From: Candidatus Eiseniibacteriota bacterium
GTDB lineage: Bacteria > Eisenbacteria > RBG-16-71-46
DNA length: 53,568 bases
Direction: 5' to 3'
Assembly: GCA_041498315.1 (NCBI GenBank)
Contig: JBGQIE010000003.1
Span: 1 to 53,568 of the forward strand
A program made the position numbers and the translations under genes. Positions 1 through 9,201 of the stretch are shown one piece after another. The notes beneath the pieces were generated by a model. That model saw only the letters and a list, made by a program, of their open reading frames with translations, had not been told where the DNA came from and searched no databases. Position 1 is the stretch's first letter. Each line of letters opens with the position of its first letter.

Positions 1-559
1 CCGGCGCCGCGGCGCGGGCGCGCGCGGCCCGGCGCGGGCCCGCGCCCGCCCGCCCCGGAGCGCCGCTCACCGCGATGAGGTCCCCGGCGCGCGCGCCGCG
101 CCGCGTCCACGCCCGTCCGGTCGCGACCTCGCCCAGCAGCGTCAGCGAAAGCCACTCCGGGCCCTCGGTCGCGGTGAGATTCCCGCCCACGACGACCGCG
201 CCCTCGGCCCCGAGCGCCCGCTCGAGCCCGCGCTCGAGCGCTACCAGCGCTTCGACCTCGTGGTCGGCGCGCGCCCCGATCGAGAGCAGCGCCCAGCGCG
301 GCAGCGCGGCCATCGCGGCCAGATCGCTGAGGTTCGCGGCCGCGAGCCGCGCTCCGCGCCCGGCGGGATCGAGCCACGCCGGCGCGTAGTGCCGGCCCTC
401 GACGAACGCGTCGGTGGTCGCGACCAGATCCATGCCCGGGGCCGGGCGCAGGATCGCGGCGTCGTCGCCCGGGCCCACGACGACCGTGGGGTGCGTCGCG
501 CGCCCGCGCATCAGCCGCGCGAGCGCGCCGAACTCGCCCAGGTCACGCAGCCGGGTCAC
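1..559 (-). CDS. thiL: Thiamine-monophosphate kinase (3' end outside window)
   Basis: Not in the ORF track. Manual translation from GTG at 559 gives MTRLRDLGEFGALARL..VVVGPGDDAAIL..LVATTDAFVEGRHY..AAANLSDLAAMAA..VVGGNLT, the typical ThiL motifs. Confidence 0.9.
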   Translation of the reverse strand, partial: MTRLRDLGEFGALARLMRGRATHPTVVVGPGDDAAILRPAPGMDLVATTDAFVEGRHYAPAWLDPAGRGARLAAANLSDLAAMAALPRWALLSIGARADHEVEALVALERGLERALGAEGAVVVGGNLTATEGPEWLSLTLLGEVATGRAWTRRGARAGDLIAVSGAPGRAGAGPRRAARARAAAP

Positions 560-1805
560 GGTGGCGGTCCACCTGCTCGTCGCGCGCGGGCAGCAGCACC
601 ACGAACAGCACCGCCGCGGCGATGGCCAGCGCCGCGTCGAGCCCGAATGTGGCCCGGGCGCCGAAGCGGTCCCACAGCCATCCGGCCAGGGCGCTCGCGG
701 GCAGCAGGGCCAGGCCGACCACCGTATGGTAGACGCCGAACGCGGTGGCGCGGCGCTCCGCGCCCACGAAGTCGGCGATCATGCTGCGCTCCGAGACCTC
801 GAGCAGCGCGCTGTGGAGCCCGAGCAGCAGGAAGGCGCCGATCACCAGGCCGCGCTCGGCGCGCCATGCCATGCCGGCGTAGATGAGCGCGTAGAGGGCG
901 TAGGCCGCGACCAGGAGACGACGACGCCCGATGCGGTCCGAGACGATCCCGACCGGGTACGAGAGCAGCGCGTAGGCGATGTTGTAGCCCACGTAGACCA
1001 GCGGCACCTGGATGGAGCTGAAGCCGGCGTCGCGGGCGCGCAGGAGCAGGAACGCGTTGCTGCTGTTGGCGAGCTGGAACAGGCCGTCGGCGACCAGGAA
1101 GCGCGCGAACGGTCCCCCCATCTCCCGCACCTGGTGGTGGAGCGGCGCCCGCTGCGCCGCCTGGTGGCGGGGCGCGCGCACGAACCAGCCCAGCACCGCG
1201 AGCGAGAGCGTCGCGGGGAGGGCCGACCACAGGAACACGCGCCGTAGATCGCCCGGGCTTCCGGCCAGCAGGGCGGCGGCGACCAGCGGCCCGATCGCCG
1301 CGCCCAGCGTGTCGAGGCCGCGGTGGAAGCCGTACGCACGGCCCCGGTAGCGCGGCTCGACCGAGTCGGCGATCAGCGCGTCGCGCGGCGGATTGCGCAG
1401 CCCCTTGCCGAGGCGGTCGGCGAAGCGCAGGCCCAGCACGGCGGGCCACGAGGCGGCGATCGCCATGGTCGCCTTGGCGACGGTCGAGAGCCCGTAGCCG
1501 AGCATCAGGAACGGCTTGCGGCGCCCGATGCGGTCCGAGAGCCAGCCCGAGCCCAGGCGCAGCAACGAGGCCGTGCTCTCGGCCACCCCCTCGATGAGCC
1601 CCAGGCTCGCGACCGAGGCCTTGAGCGTCCCGGTGATGAACAGCGGCAGCACGGGGATGATCATCTCGGTCGACACGTCGGTCAGCAGCGAGGTGAACCC
1701 GAGGGCGACGATGTTGCGGTTGATGCCGGCCAGGCCGCGCGCAGGCGCGGGGGGCACGGCGGGCGCTTGGGGCGCGGCGGCGGGCGCGGGCGGCGGGGTG
1801 CTCAC
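543..1805 (-). CDS. MFS transporter
   Basis: About 12 hydrophobic segments; motif-A-like GWLSDRIGRRK and GIVSDRIGRRR. Start uncertain (GTG 1805 or 1823). Confidence 0.9.
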   Translation of the reverse strand: MSTPPPAPAAAPQAPAVPPAPARGLAGINRNIVALGFTSLLTDVSTEMIIPVLPLFITGTLKASVASLGLIEGVAESTASLLRLGSGWLSDRIGRRKPFLMLGYGLSTVAKATMAIAASWPAVLGLRFADRLGKGLRNPPRDALIADSVEPRYRGRAYGFHRGLDTLGAAIGPLVAAALLAGSPGDLRRVFLWSALPATLSLAVLGWFVRAPRHQAAQRAPLHHQVREMGGPFARFLVADGLFQLANSSNAFLLLRARDAGFSSIQVPLVYVGYNIAYALLSYPVGIVSDRIGRRRLLVAAYALYALIYAGMAWRAERGLVIGAFLLLGLHSALLEVSERSMIADFVGAERRATAFGVYHTVVGLALLPASALAGWLWDRFGARATFGLDAALAIAAAVLFVVLLPARDEQVDRHRDPAA

Positions 1806-1875
1806 GGCGCGGGAGCCTAGCACAAGGATCGACCCGGTCGGGCGCCCACCCGTTCCGTGCGCCGGGGCGCGCCGG

Positions 1876-2697
1876 CTACTCGATCTGCGAACCGTTCGTG
1901 TTGAGCACCAGGTTGGTCCAAATCGCGAGCGAGCGCCGGACCGCGGCCACCCGGGTGGGATCGGGCGGGCCGCGCTTGTACTTGTAGAGGTAGACGACGC
2001 GGTCCTTCACGAGCACCATGGACATGCCGACCACCATCATCCAGGACTTCTTCTGGCCGTCCACGGTGGCCGTGAAGCGCGTCGCGGCCACGGCGCTGAA
2101 CGCCTCGTCGTCGTTGCGCATGATGCTGAGCGGCACCATGCGCCCGTCGTCGATCTCCACGTTGGAGATCGCCGAGCGCACCTCGGTCTCGGACGACGCG
2201 TCCATGACCTGCCGGAGCGGTGAGCCCATCGAAGCGATCTGAAGCCTGAAGCTCTCGTTGAGGGCGCGGCGCACGCGATAGAAGGCGTCGCAGTTGTCCT
2301 GGTCGTCGAAGGTCAGGCGCTTCGAGGTCTGAACGATCGCGAAGTCGACCAGGAGCTGGTCGTCGGCGTGGCGCTCCTGGTAGGAATCCCACACGAACGA
2401 GGGGATGAATACCGCCTCGAGGTAGAACTGCTTGGTGGTCGTGCCCTGGACGATGCCGTCGAGGATCCAGTCCTGCCCCATCACCGAGACCATGCCGGCG
2501 GGCGGCGGCACCAGGACCTTGTGCCGCTTGATCATGATCTGCGCCGGCGGCGCGGGAGCGCCGTCCTGCGGCCGCACCGAGGCGGACTCGGCGGACACGA
2601 AGGCCGCTGGGGACCCGGCGGGCACGAAGACCGCCGCGATCGCGGCCGCCACGATCAAGGGGGCAAGGCGTGCGTGGATGGCCCGCGTGCGGGGCAT
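1876..2697 (-). CDS. Hypothetical exported protein
   Basis: GGAG RBS before ATG, N-terminal signal-like hydrophobic stretch, protein-like composition; no family recognised. Confidence 0.7.
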   Translation of the reverse strand: MPRTRAIHARLAPLIVAAAIAAVFVPAGSPAAFVSAESASVRPQDGAPAPPAQIMIKRHKVLVPPPAGMVSVMGQDWILDGIVQGTTTKQFYLEAVFIPSFVWDSYQERHADDQLLVDFAIVQTSKRLTFDDQDNCDAFYRVRRALNESFRLQIASMGSPLRQVMDASSETEVRSAISNVEIDDGRMVPLSIMRNDDEAFSAVAATRFTATVDGQKKSWMMVVGMSMVLVKDRVVYLYKYKRGPPDPTRVAAVRRSLAIWTNLVLNTNGSQIE

Positions 2698-2829
2698 GGC
2701 GACTCCCTCCGTGGAGCACAGGGTTCGGCCCGGCGGGCCGGTGCAACCCCGGTATCGGTCCCGGAACGCCCCGACTTGAGGGGCACGCGCGGCGCGGCCC
2801 CGCGCCAGACCGGGGCTCGAGACCCCGCG

Positions 2830-4101
2830 CTAGTCGCCGGCCAGCGGGGCCCGCGCGCTTTCGCCGCGCGACACCACGACCGCCGCGGCCAGATCGCCGG
2901 TCACATTGAGCGTCGTGCGGCACATGTCGAGGAAGCGGTCCACGCCCAGGATCATGCCGATGCCCTCGGCCGGCACCCCCACCAGTCCCAGGATCATCAT
3001 GACCACCGGAATGGACCCCGCCGGCACGCCCGCGGTGCCGATGCCGCCCAGGATGCAGATGAACACCACGCTCAGCTGCTGCGAGAAGCCGAGGTGGACG
3101 CCGTAGAACTGCGCCAGGAACAGCACCGTCACCCCTTCGAACAGGGCGGTGCCGTTCTGGTTCGCGGTCGAGCCCACCGTGAGCACGAAGCGGCTCACGT
3201 GGGGCGGCAGCCCGAGCTCGCGCTCGGCGACCACCAGCGCGGTGGGCAGGGTGGCGTTGCTCGAGGCGGTCGAGAACGCGGTCAGCATGGCGGTGCGGAT
3301 GCCGCGGAAGAATCGCCACGGGCTCATGCCGCCCAGCCAGCTCACCGAAATCGAGTAGACCACGAACTGGTGGATCGCGAGCGCCCCCACGACCACCGCG
3401 ACGTAGGCGCCGAGCTGGCGCAGGACCCCGACGCCGAGCCGCGCGCTGAGCGTGAACAGCAGCGCCGCCACCCCGAGCGGTGCGATCTGGATGACCAGGC
3501 CGAGCAGGTGCATGACCACGTCGTAGAGTCCCTGGAGCGCCTCCTCGAAGCGCCGCGCGGGCTCGGTGCGCACCACCGCCAGCCCGATGCCGAGGAACAG
3601 GGCGAACACCATGAGCGCCAGCATGTCCCCGTCGCCCATCGCCTTGACGATGTTGCTGGGCACCAGGTTGACGAGGAAGTCCACGCCGGTCGCGCCGGCG
3701 GCCGCCGCGGGCGGCAGCGGGGCGGCCGCGGCCTGGGCTGCGAGGCGCTGCTTGAGCGCCGGCGAGAGCCCGTCGCCGGGGCGGAACAGGTTGACCATGC
3801 CGACCCCGAGCAGCACCGCGATGCTCGAGACCACGACGGTGTAGACGAGGGTCTTGAGCCCGATCCGCCCCAGCCGCCCGAGATCGCCCACCCCCGCCAC
3901 GCCGAGCGCGAGCGCCGAGACGATGAGCGGAATGACGAGCATGAACAGGAGCCGGAGGAAGATCCGGCCCGCCGGCTCGGTGACGAGATGGATGAAGCGC
4001 GCCAGCGCCGGGGAATCGCCGAAGCGCGCGTTCGCCGCCACGCCGAGCGCGAGCCCGGCGAGCAGCCCGATCAGCATGCGGAGCGGAAGCCCGCGGCTCA
4101 T
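2830..4101 (-). CDS. Dicarboxylate/amino acid:cation symporter (DAACS, GltP/DctA-like)
   Basis: Start MSRGLPLRML inside the 937-aa track ORF; motifs AFSTASSNATLP, TANQNGTALFE, GTAGVP, GVDRFLDMCRTTLNVTGD. Confidence 0.92.
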   Translation of the reverse strand: MSRGLPLRMLIGLLAGLALGVAANARFGDSPALARFIHLVTEPAGRIFLRLLFMLVIPLIVSALALGVAGVGDLGRLGRIGLKTLVYTVVVSSIAVLLGVGMVNLFRPGDGLSPALKQRLAAQAAAAPLPPAAAAGATGVDFLVNLVPSNIVKAMGDGDMLALMVFALFLGIGLAVVRTEPARRFEEALQGLYDVVMHLLGLVIQIAPLGVAALLFTLSARLGVGVLRQLGAYVAVVVGALAIHQFVVYSISVSWLGGMSPWRFFRGIRTAMLTAFSTASSNATLPTALVVAERELGLPPHVSRFVLTVGSTANQNGTALFEGVTVLFLAQFYGVHLGFSQQLSVVFICILGGIGTAGVPAGSIPVVMMILGLVGVPAEGIGMILGVDRFLDMCRTTLNVTGDLAAAVVVSRGESARAPLAGD

Positions 4102-4127
4102 GTGGCTCCCTCGCCCGCGCGCGCCGG

Positions 4128-5564
4128 CTAGGGGGTGGCCAACACCGTGCCCGGCCCCAGACTCTCGAGCGCGGGCTGCGCGGTCTTGGGATCGGAGACC
4201 ACCAGGATGCGCAGGTCGTTCACGCCGAAGCGCTGCTTGAGCACGCGCCGGACGTCGGCCATGGTGACGGCGTTGATGCGTTCCGCGTAGGTCTCGAGGT
4301 AGCGCGGGTCGAGCCCGTAGAACTCGATGTTGAGGATCTGCGCCGCCAGGGCGTCCGAAGCCTGGAGCCCGAGCGGGTACTGGCCGGTGAGGTAGCGCCG
4401 GGCCTTGGCGAGCTCCTCCTCGCTCGGTCCCTGGTCCACGAGCTTCTGCACCACGGCGAGCGAAGCGTCGATGCACTTGCGCAGCGTCTCGTTGCGCGTG
4501 AACGTCACGATGACGAAGGTGCCGGCGTTCCGGTACATGGACCAGCGGCTCCCGATGCCGTAGGTGAGCCCCTGGACGACGCGGATCTCGTTGACGAGCC
4601 GGGAGGTGAAACCGCCGCCCAGGATGGTGTTCGCGACCGTGATCGCGTAGTAGTCGGGCGAGTTGCGAGGCACGCCCAGGGTGGCGAGCCGGATCTGGGT
4701 CTGGGTGACCTCGGGCTTGCTCACGATCAAGACCTTCCGTCCGGTCACCGCCTCCGGCGCCCCGTAGACAGGAGCCGCGGCCGCCCCCGCGCCGCCCTTC
4801 CATGCGGCGAAGGCGGACTCGAGCGAGGCCACGACCTGGTCGGGATCGACGTCCCCGACCACCGCGAGCATCGAGTTGGCGGGCGTGACGTAATGCTTCT
4901 GGAACGCCATGACGTCGGCGCGCGTGATCGCCCCCACCGACGCCTGCCGGCCGATGACCGGGTGGGCGAGCGGGCTTTCGCCCAGCAGGAACGGACCCAA
5001 CTCGTTGTTCGCGAGCTCCGAGGGGTCGTCCCGGTCGCTCGCGATCTGCCCGAGCTTCTCGGCCTTCATGCGCGCGAACTCCTCGGCCGCAAACGACGGC
5101 GAGACGATCACGTCGCGGAACAGCTCGAGCCCGGACGCGTAGTCCTTGGTGAGCACGCTGCAGGTCACCGTGAGCTGCTCGGCTCCGGCGTTCGCGTCGA
5201 GCGTGCCCCCGACGAACGCGATCGCCTCGGCGAGCTGCCGGGCGGTGCGCTTGCCCGCGCCCTGGGTGAGGAGATCGGCGGTGAGGCTCGCGAGCCCCTC
5301 CTTGCCGGCCGGGTCGTTGACCGAGCCGGCGCGCACGACCAGCCGGAGGTCCACGAGCGGCACGCGGTGGGTGGGCATGACGAATACCGTGAGCCCGTTC
5401 TTGAGCGTGATCTTGCGCACCGGGGGAAGCCGGAGCGTCCCGGTGGCCGCCCGCGCGGGCGCGATCGCTCCGGGGCCGGTCGCGGCGAGCAGGGCGGCGG
5501 CCAGCAGGGCGGCGCCGGTCTTCACGAACCCGCGTGAGAACGACATGGAGGTTCCTTTCATCAT
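4128..5564 (-). CDS. M16 (pitrilysin-like) peptidase, non-catalytic subunit
   Basis: Signal peptide; LKNGL, RAGSVNDP, ILGGGFTSRL..EIRVVQGLTY; lacks HxxEH; ATGA overlap with upstream M16 gene. Confidence 0.88.
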   Translation of the reverse strand: MMKGTSMSFSRGFVKTGAALLAAALLAATGPGAIAPARAATGTLRLPPVRKITLKNGLTVFVMPTHRVPLVDLRLVVRAGSVNDPAGKEGLASLTADLLTQGAGKRTARQLAEAIAFVGGTLDANAGAEQLTVTCSVLTKDYASGLELFRDVIVSPSFAAEEFARMKAEKLGQIASDRDDPSELANNELGPFLLGESPLAHPVIGRQASVGAITRADVMAFQKHYVTPANSMLAVVGDVDPDQVVASLESAFAAWKGGAGAAAAPVYGAPEAVTGRKVLIVSKPEVTQTQIRLATLGVPRNSPDYYAITVANTILGGGFTSRLVNEIRVVQGLTYGIGSRWSMYRNAGTFVIVTFTRNETLRKCIDASLAVVQKLVDQGPSEEELAKARRYLTGQYPLGLQASDALAAQILNIEFYGLDPRYLETYAERINAVTMADVRRVLKQRFGVNDLRILVVSDPKTAQPALESLGPGTVLATP

Positions 5565-6952
5565 GGGGCCGTGGGGGCCGACGAGGCGGCCGCGGTCGCT
5601 TCCTTCTCGGGCACCAGCTCGACGACGGTGCGGCGGCGCGCATCGAAGACCTGCTTGGCGACGCGCTTGCAGTCGGCCGCGGTCACCGCGCGGTAGGTGG
5701 GAACGGTCTGGAACATTTTGCGGTAGTCGCCGAACACGTGCTCGTAGTAGCCGAGCGCCTGGCCCACGCCGTTGTTGGTCCTCATCTGGCGCACGAAGTG
5801 CGCTTCGAGCTGGTTCTTGGCCTTGTCGAGCTCGCGCGGCGTCGGTCCCTCGGCGATCATGCGCTGGAGCACGTCGTCCACCACCTTCTCGCCCTCGGCG
5901 GCGGTCTTGCCGGCCTTCATCTCGACGTAGATCTCGAACAGCGCCGGGTCGAGCCGGGTCTGGAACGAGGTGCTGGCCGAGAGCGCGATCTGCTTCTCGT
6001 ACACCAGCGCCTGGTGGAGCCGCGATGACTCGCCGTCGGAGAGGATCGACGACAGCACGTCGAGCACGTAGATGTCCGGGCTCGCCACCCCCGGAGCCTT
6101 GTAGCCCATCTCGAAGCTCACATCCTGCGCCGGATAGTGCACCTGGGCGCGGCGCTCGCCGCGCTGCTCGGGCTCGGAGTTGATGGGCGGCAGGGGCGGC
6201 TTCTGGGCCGGGATGCGGCCGAAGGCGCCCTGGATCTGGGCCAGCGCGCTCTTGGTGTCGAAGTCACCGGTGAGCACCAGGATGCAGTTGTTGGGCGCGT
6301 AGTAGGTGCGGAAGTAGTTGACCATCTCGTCGCGCTGGATGCGGTTCAGATCGCCCATCCAGCCCACGACCGGCCAGCGGTAGGACGCGGCGACGAACGC
6401 GGTGGCGTAGAGCTGCTCGTCGATCATGCCGGCGATGTCGTTGTCGGTGCGCAGCCGCCGCTCCTCCTTGACGACCTCGATCTCGCTCTTGAGCTGCTCG
6501 GGCAGCAGCGAGAGCGAAGCCATGCGGTCGGAGTCGAGGAACAGCACCTTGTCGAGCCGGTCCGAGGCGACGTCCTCGTAGTAGGCGGTCATGTCGCGGT
6601 CGGTGAACGCGTTCGAATAGCCGCCGTTCGACTCGAGGATCTTGTCGTATTCCTTGGGCGGCACCCGCTTCGAGCCGTTGAACATCATGTGCTCGAAGAA
6701 GTGCGAGATGCCGGTGATGCCGGGCGACTCGTTGCGCGAGCCCACCCGGTACCACTGCCAGAACGTGATCGTCGGGACGCTGTGGTCCTCGTGGGTGAGC
6801 ACGACCAGCCCGTTGGGGAGCGTGTGGCGCTCGACCACGAGCTGTTCGGGTGTCAGGGCGCCGGCCGGCGCGGCGGCGGCGCGATCGGGCCCCGGCGCCA
6901 CCACCGCGGTCGCGAGCAGGAAGGCCACCGCGGTGCGCGGAAGGATGTGCAT
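5561..6952 (-). CDS. M16 zinc peptidase, catalytic subunit
   Basis: GGAGG RBS before MHILPR; signal peptide; TGISHFFEHMMFNGS (HxxEH), NAFT, EVVKEERR. Confidence 0.92.
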   Translation of the reverse strand: MHILPRTAVAFLLATAVVAPGPDRAAAAPAGALTPEQLVVERHTLPNGLVVLTHEDHSVPTITFWQWYRVGSRNESPGITGISHFFEHMMFNGSKRVPPKEYDKILESNGGYSNAFTDRDMTAYYEDVASDRLDKVLFLDSDRMASLSLLPEQLKSEIEVVKEERRLRTDNDIAGMIDEQLYATAFVAASYRWPVVGWMGDLNRIQRDEMVNYFRTYYAPNNCILVLTGDFDTKSALAQIQGAFGRIPAQKPPLPPINSEPEQRGERRAQVHYPAQDVSFEMGYKAPGVASPDIYVLDVLSSILSDGESSRLHQALVYEKQIALSASTSFQTRLDPALFEIYVEMKAGKTAAEGEKVVDDVLQRMIAEGPTPRELDKAKNQLEAHFVRQMRTNNGVGQALGYYEHVFGDYRKMFQTVPTYRAVTAADCKRVAKQVFDARRRTVVELVPEKEATAAASSAPTAP

Positions 6953-7132
6953 GAGACCTCCGGAATGGACGGGCGGGACGTGGCGTGGGATTCCGGGCAG
7001 GATAGGAGGACGCCCCGCCCCGGGCAAGCCGGGCCGCACGAACGCGGCGAGGCGGCCGCCCGGCGGCGGGATTCCGGGCTCAGCGGCCCGCGGGTGACGC
7101 GCCGCGGCGCACCGCCTCGCGCCGGCCCGGGC

Positions 7133-8305
7133 TCAGCGGCCGCCCTCATCGTCGGGTGGCGCGGCGCCGCGGGCGCGCGCCCACAGGTCGCCCGACCACA
7201 CGATCTCCGCCCCCACCAGGTTCTGCCGGTAGCTGCCGGGATCGCTCGCGAGCGTGACCGCGCCGCCGTAGCGGGCGTCGTTGCTCTCGAAGCGGTCGAA
7301 GCCGCGCAGCGTCCAGTGCGAGCGCAGCTGCGCTCGCAGCCCCGCCTCGATCGTGTGCTTGAGGTCGCGGCGACCGAAGTGGGAGGTATCCTGCGGGCGC
7401 TCCGCGTCGTAGGAGCGTTGCTCGAGGCGGTAGGCGAGATCCGCGCCGGTGCGCAGCCCCGCGCGGCGCGAGAACTCGGTGCGGCCGCTCAATCCCCCCT
7501 GCCAGCCGTGGTAGCTCACGTCGGCGGTGGACAGGAGTGCCCCTGCGGAGAGGTTGCGGCCGTCGGCGAGGCTCTTGCGGTAGCCGCCGAGCAGCTCCAG
7601 CGCGGCGCGATGGGGGAGCCGCGTGAACCCCAGGGTGAGCTCGCCCTGGTGGGTGCCCGAGGTGCGCTCGGCGAAGAAGGGCGTGTAGGAGCGGCGCTCG
7701 AACTGGTAGCCGAATCCGAGCTGCGTGCCGCGCCGCAGCGACTGCGTCCATGCCGCCTCCCCGACCGCCAGATCGAACTGGGCGCGCTCGTAGACGCCGG
7801 GCGCGAACCCCGTCCCCGTCACGTGGAGCTGGCGCAGGTAGTAGGCCGGCAAGAGGTAGCCGCGCAGCGCGAGGCGGTGCCCCCCGGCGAAGCTCTCGCG
7901 CCAGGTGAGACCCGCCGAGCGGAAATCGACGGTGCGGTTGCGGGCGTGGTAGTCGCCGTCGCCCTTCAAGCGCACACTGTGCCGGCGGCCGTGGCCCTCG
8001 TCCCCCTCCCAGGTCAGGGCGAGCGAGGGATTGAAGGTCACGTCGTCGTGCGACTCGATCGCGAACCGGCCGGGCTGGGACACCGGATCCCAGGCGTCCA
8101 GTTCGCGTAGCTGCGGGTCCGAATACTGGAGCAGGTTGCTGTCGTACCAGGTCGAGAGGCCGACCGCGAGACCGAGGCTCTGGCCCGCCGCCGCCCATGC
8201 GCCCGGCGCGCCCACGATGAGCCCCACGAGCGCAAGTCCCGTGAACCCTCCGTGCCACGTCCAGCCGCGCCTGCGTTCCATGGAAGCTCCCTCGAGAGTG
8301 GTCAT
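7133..8305 (-). CDS. Outer-membrane beta-barrel protein, last gene of pgs operon
   Basis: Start at 8305 (ATGA overlap) or 8281 (GGAG RBS); signal peptide; N-terminal strand ending YDSN; alternating aromatic/polar strands (LGFGYQFERRSY, LELLGGYRKS, TGADLAYRLEQRSY). Confidence 0.72.
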   Translation of the reverse strand: MTTLEGASMERRRGWTWHGGFTGLALVGLIVGAPGAWAAAGQSLGLAVGLSTWYDSNLLQYSDPQLRELDAWDPVSQPGRFAIESHDDVTFNPSLALTWEGDEGHGRRHSVRLKGDGDYHARNRTVDFRSAGLTWRESFAGGHRLALRGYLLPAYYLRQLHVTGTGFAPGVYERAQFDLAVGEAAWTQSLRRGTQLGFGYQFERRSYTPFFAERTSGTHQGELTLGFTRLPHRAALELLGGYRKSLADGRNLSAGALLSTADVSYHGWQGGLSGRTEFSRRAGLRTGADLAYRLEQRSYDAERPQDTSHFGRRDLKHTIEAGLRAQLRSHWTLRGFDRFESNDARYGGAVTLASDPGSYRQNLVGAEIVWSGDLWARARGAAPPDDEGGR

Positions 8306-9201
8306 GGTTGGTTGCCGACGGAGGGCGCCGGAATCCGGGCGTGGATCTCCGCCGAGCCGCGCGCCGGTCGAACCAGATGGAATTCGATCTCGTGCAGCCC
8401 GCCGCCGACCGCGAGACTGAAACGGTCGAGCTTGGACGGCACGCGGTGCTCGAGCCCGGTGTACGTGGCCGCACCCGACTTGGTGGTGTGGAAATCGAGC
8501 GTGCGCAGCGTGCGCCCGTGCTCGACGACGCGCAGCCGATAGGCCTGGGCGCCGATCATCGCGGGCTCGTAGTCGAGACGCGTGATGCAGTCGAGCGTGC
8601 TCGGGCCGACCACGCGCAGCACGACCGGCCGGTCCGGCAGGATGCTGTAGTAGGCGATCGATTTCTCCCCCTCGATCACCGAGACGCTGCGCGAGGCCCG
8701 GACCGGGGTCAGGCTCACCCACTCGATCGGCGCCCGCGCGGGCTCGGCACGCTGGAGGCGCACCAGCACCTCCCGGAGTCCCGTGAGGACGAGCCGGATC
8801 GCGTGCGTGCCCGCGGGCACCTCGACGATCATCCGCCGCCCCGCGCCCAGCGCCGCGACCCCCTCGGCCTTCACGCCGCGCGCGGCCCCGGCGCGCTCGT
8901 CGGCCGCGCGCAGCGCCTGCTCCCCCTCGAGCGCCACGATCTGGTAGGCGGCCTCACCCTCCGGCCGCTCGGTGAGCACCGCGCGCGAGATGACGCGCAG
9001 CCGCGCCGGCCCGCTCACCGTGACCGTGAGCGGCGCCCGCGGCGTGAGCCGGAAGTAGGTGCGCGGCCTCTTGCGGACGGTCACGGTGACGGCGTCGTGC
9101 CCCGGCAGTTTCTCGATGCTCTCCCAGCCCGCGGCAGCCGCCGTGATGGCGAGGCCCAGCATCGCCAGGGCGGGGAACAGGGTGCGTGTCAGGAGGTTCA
9201 T
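8302..9201 (-). CDS. Exported protein with two tandem homologous beta-rich domains
   Basis: MNLLTRTLFPALAMLGLAITAAAA signal peptide; internal repeat TYFRLTPRAPLTVTVSGPARLRVISR vs AYYSILPDRPVVLRVVGPSTLDCITR; ATGA overlap with pgsW. Confidence 0.78.
   Translation of the reverse strand: MNLLTRTLFPALAMLGLAITAAAAGWESIEKLPGHDAVTVTVRKRPRTYFRLTPRAPLTVTVSGPARLRVISRAVLTERPEGEAAYQIVALEGEQALRAADERAGAARGVKAEGVAALGAGRRMIVEVPAGTHAIRLVLTGLREVLVRLQRAEPARAPIEWVSLTPVRASRSVSVIEGEKSIAYYSILPDRPVVLRVVGPSTLDCITRLDYEPAMIGAQAYRLRVVEHGRTLRTLDFHTTKSGAATYTGLEHRVPSKLDRFSLAVGGGLHEIEFHLVRPARGSAEIHARIPAPSVGNQP

Noticed and set aside
2830-5643. Apparent 937-aa fusion ending in a DAACS transporter
   Set aside because: The N-terminal part is an off-frame read through the M16 gene; the real start is the ATG at 4101
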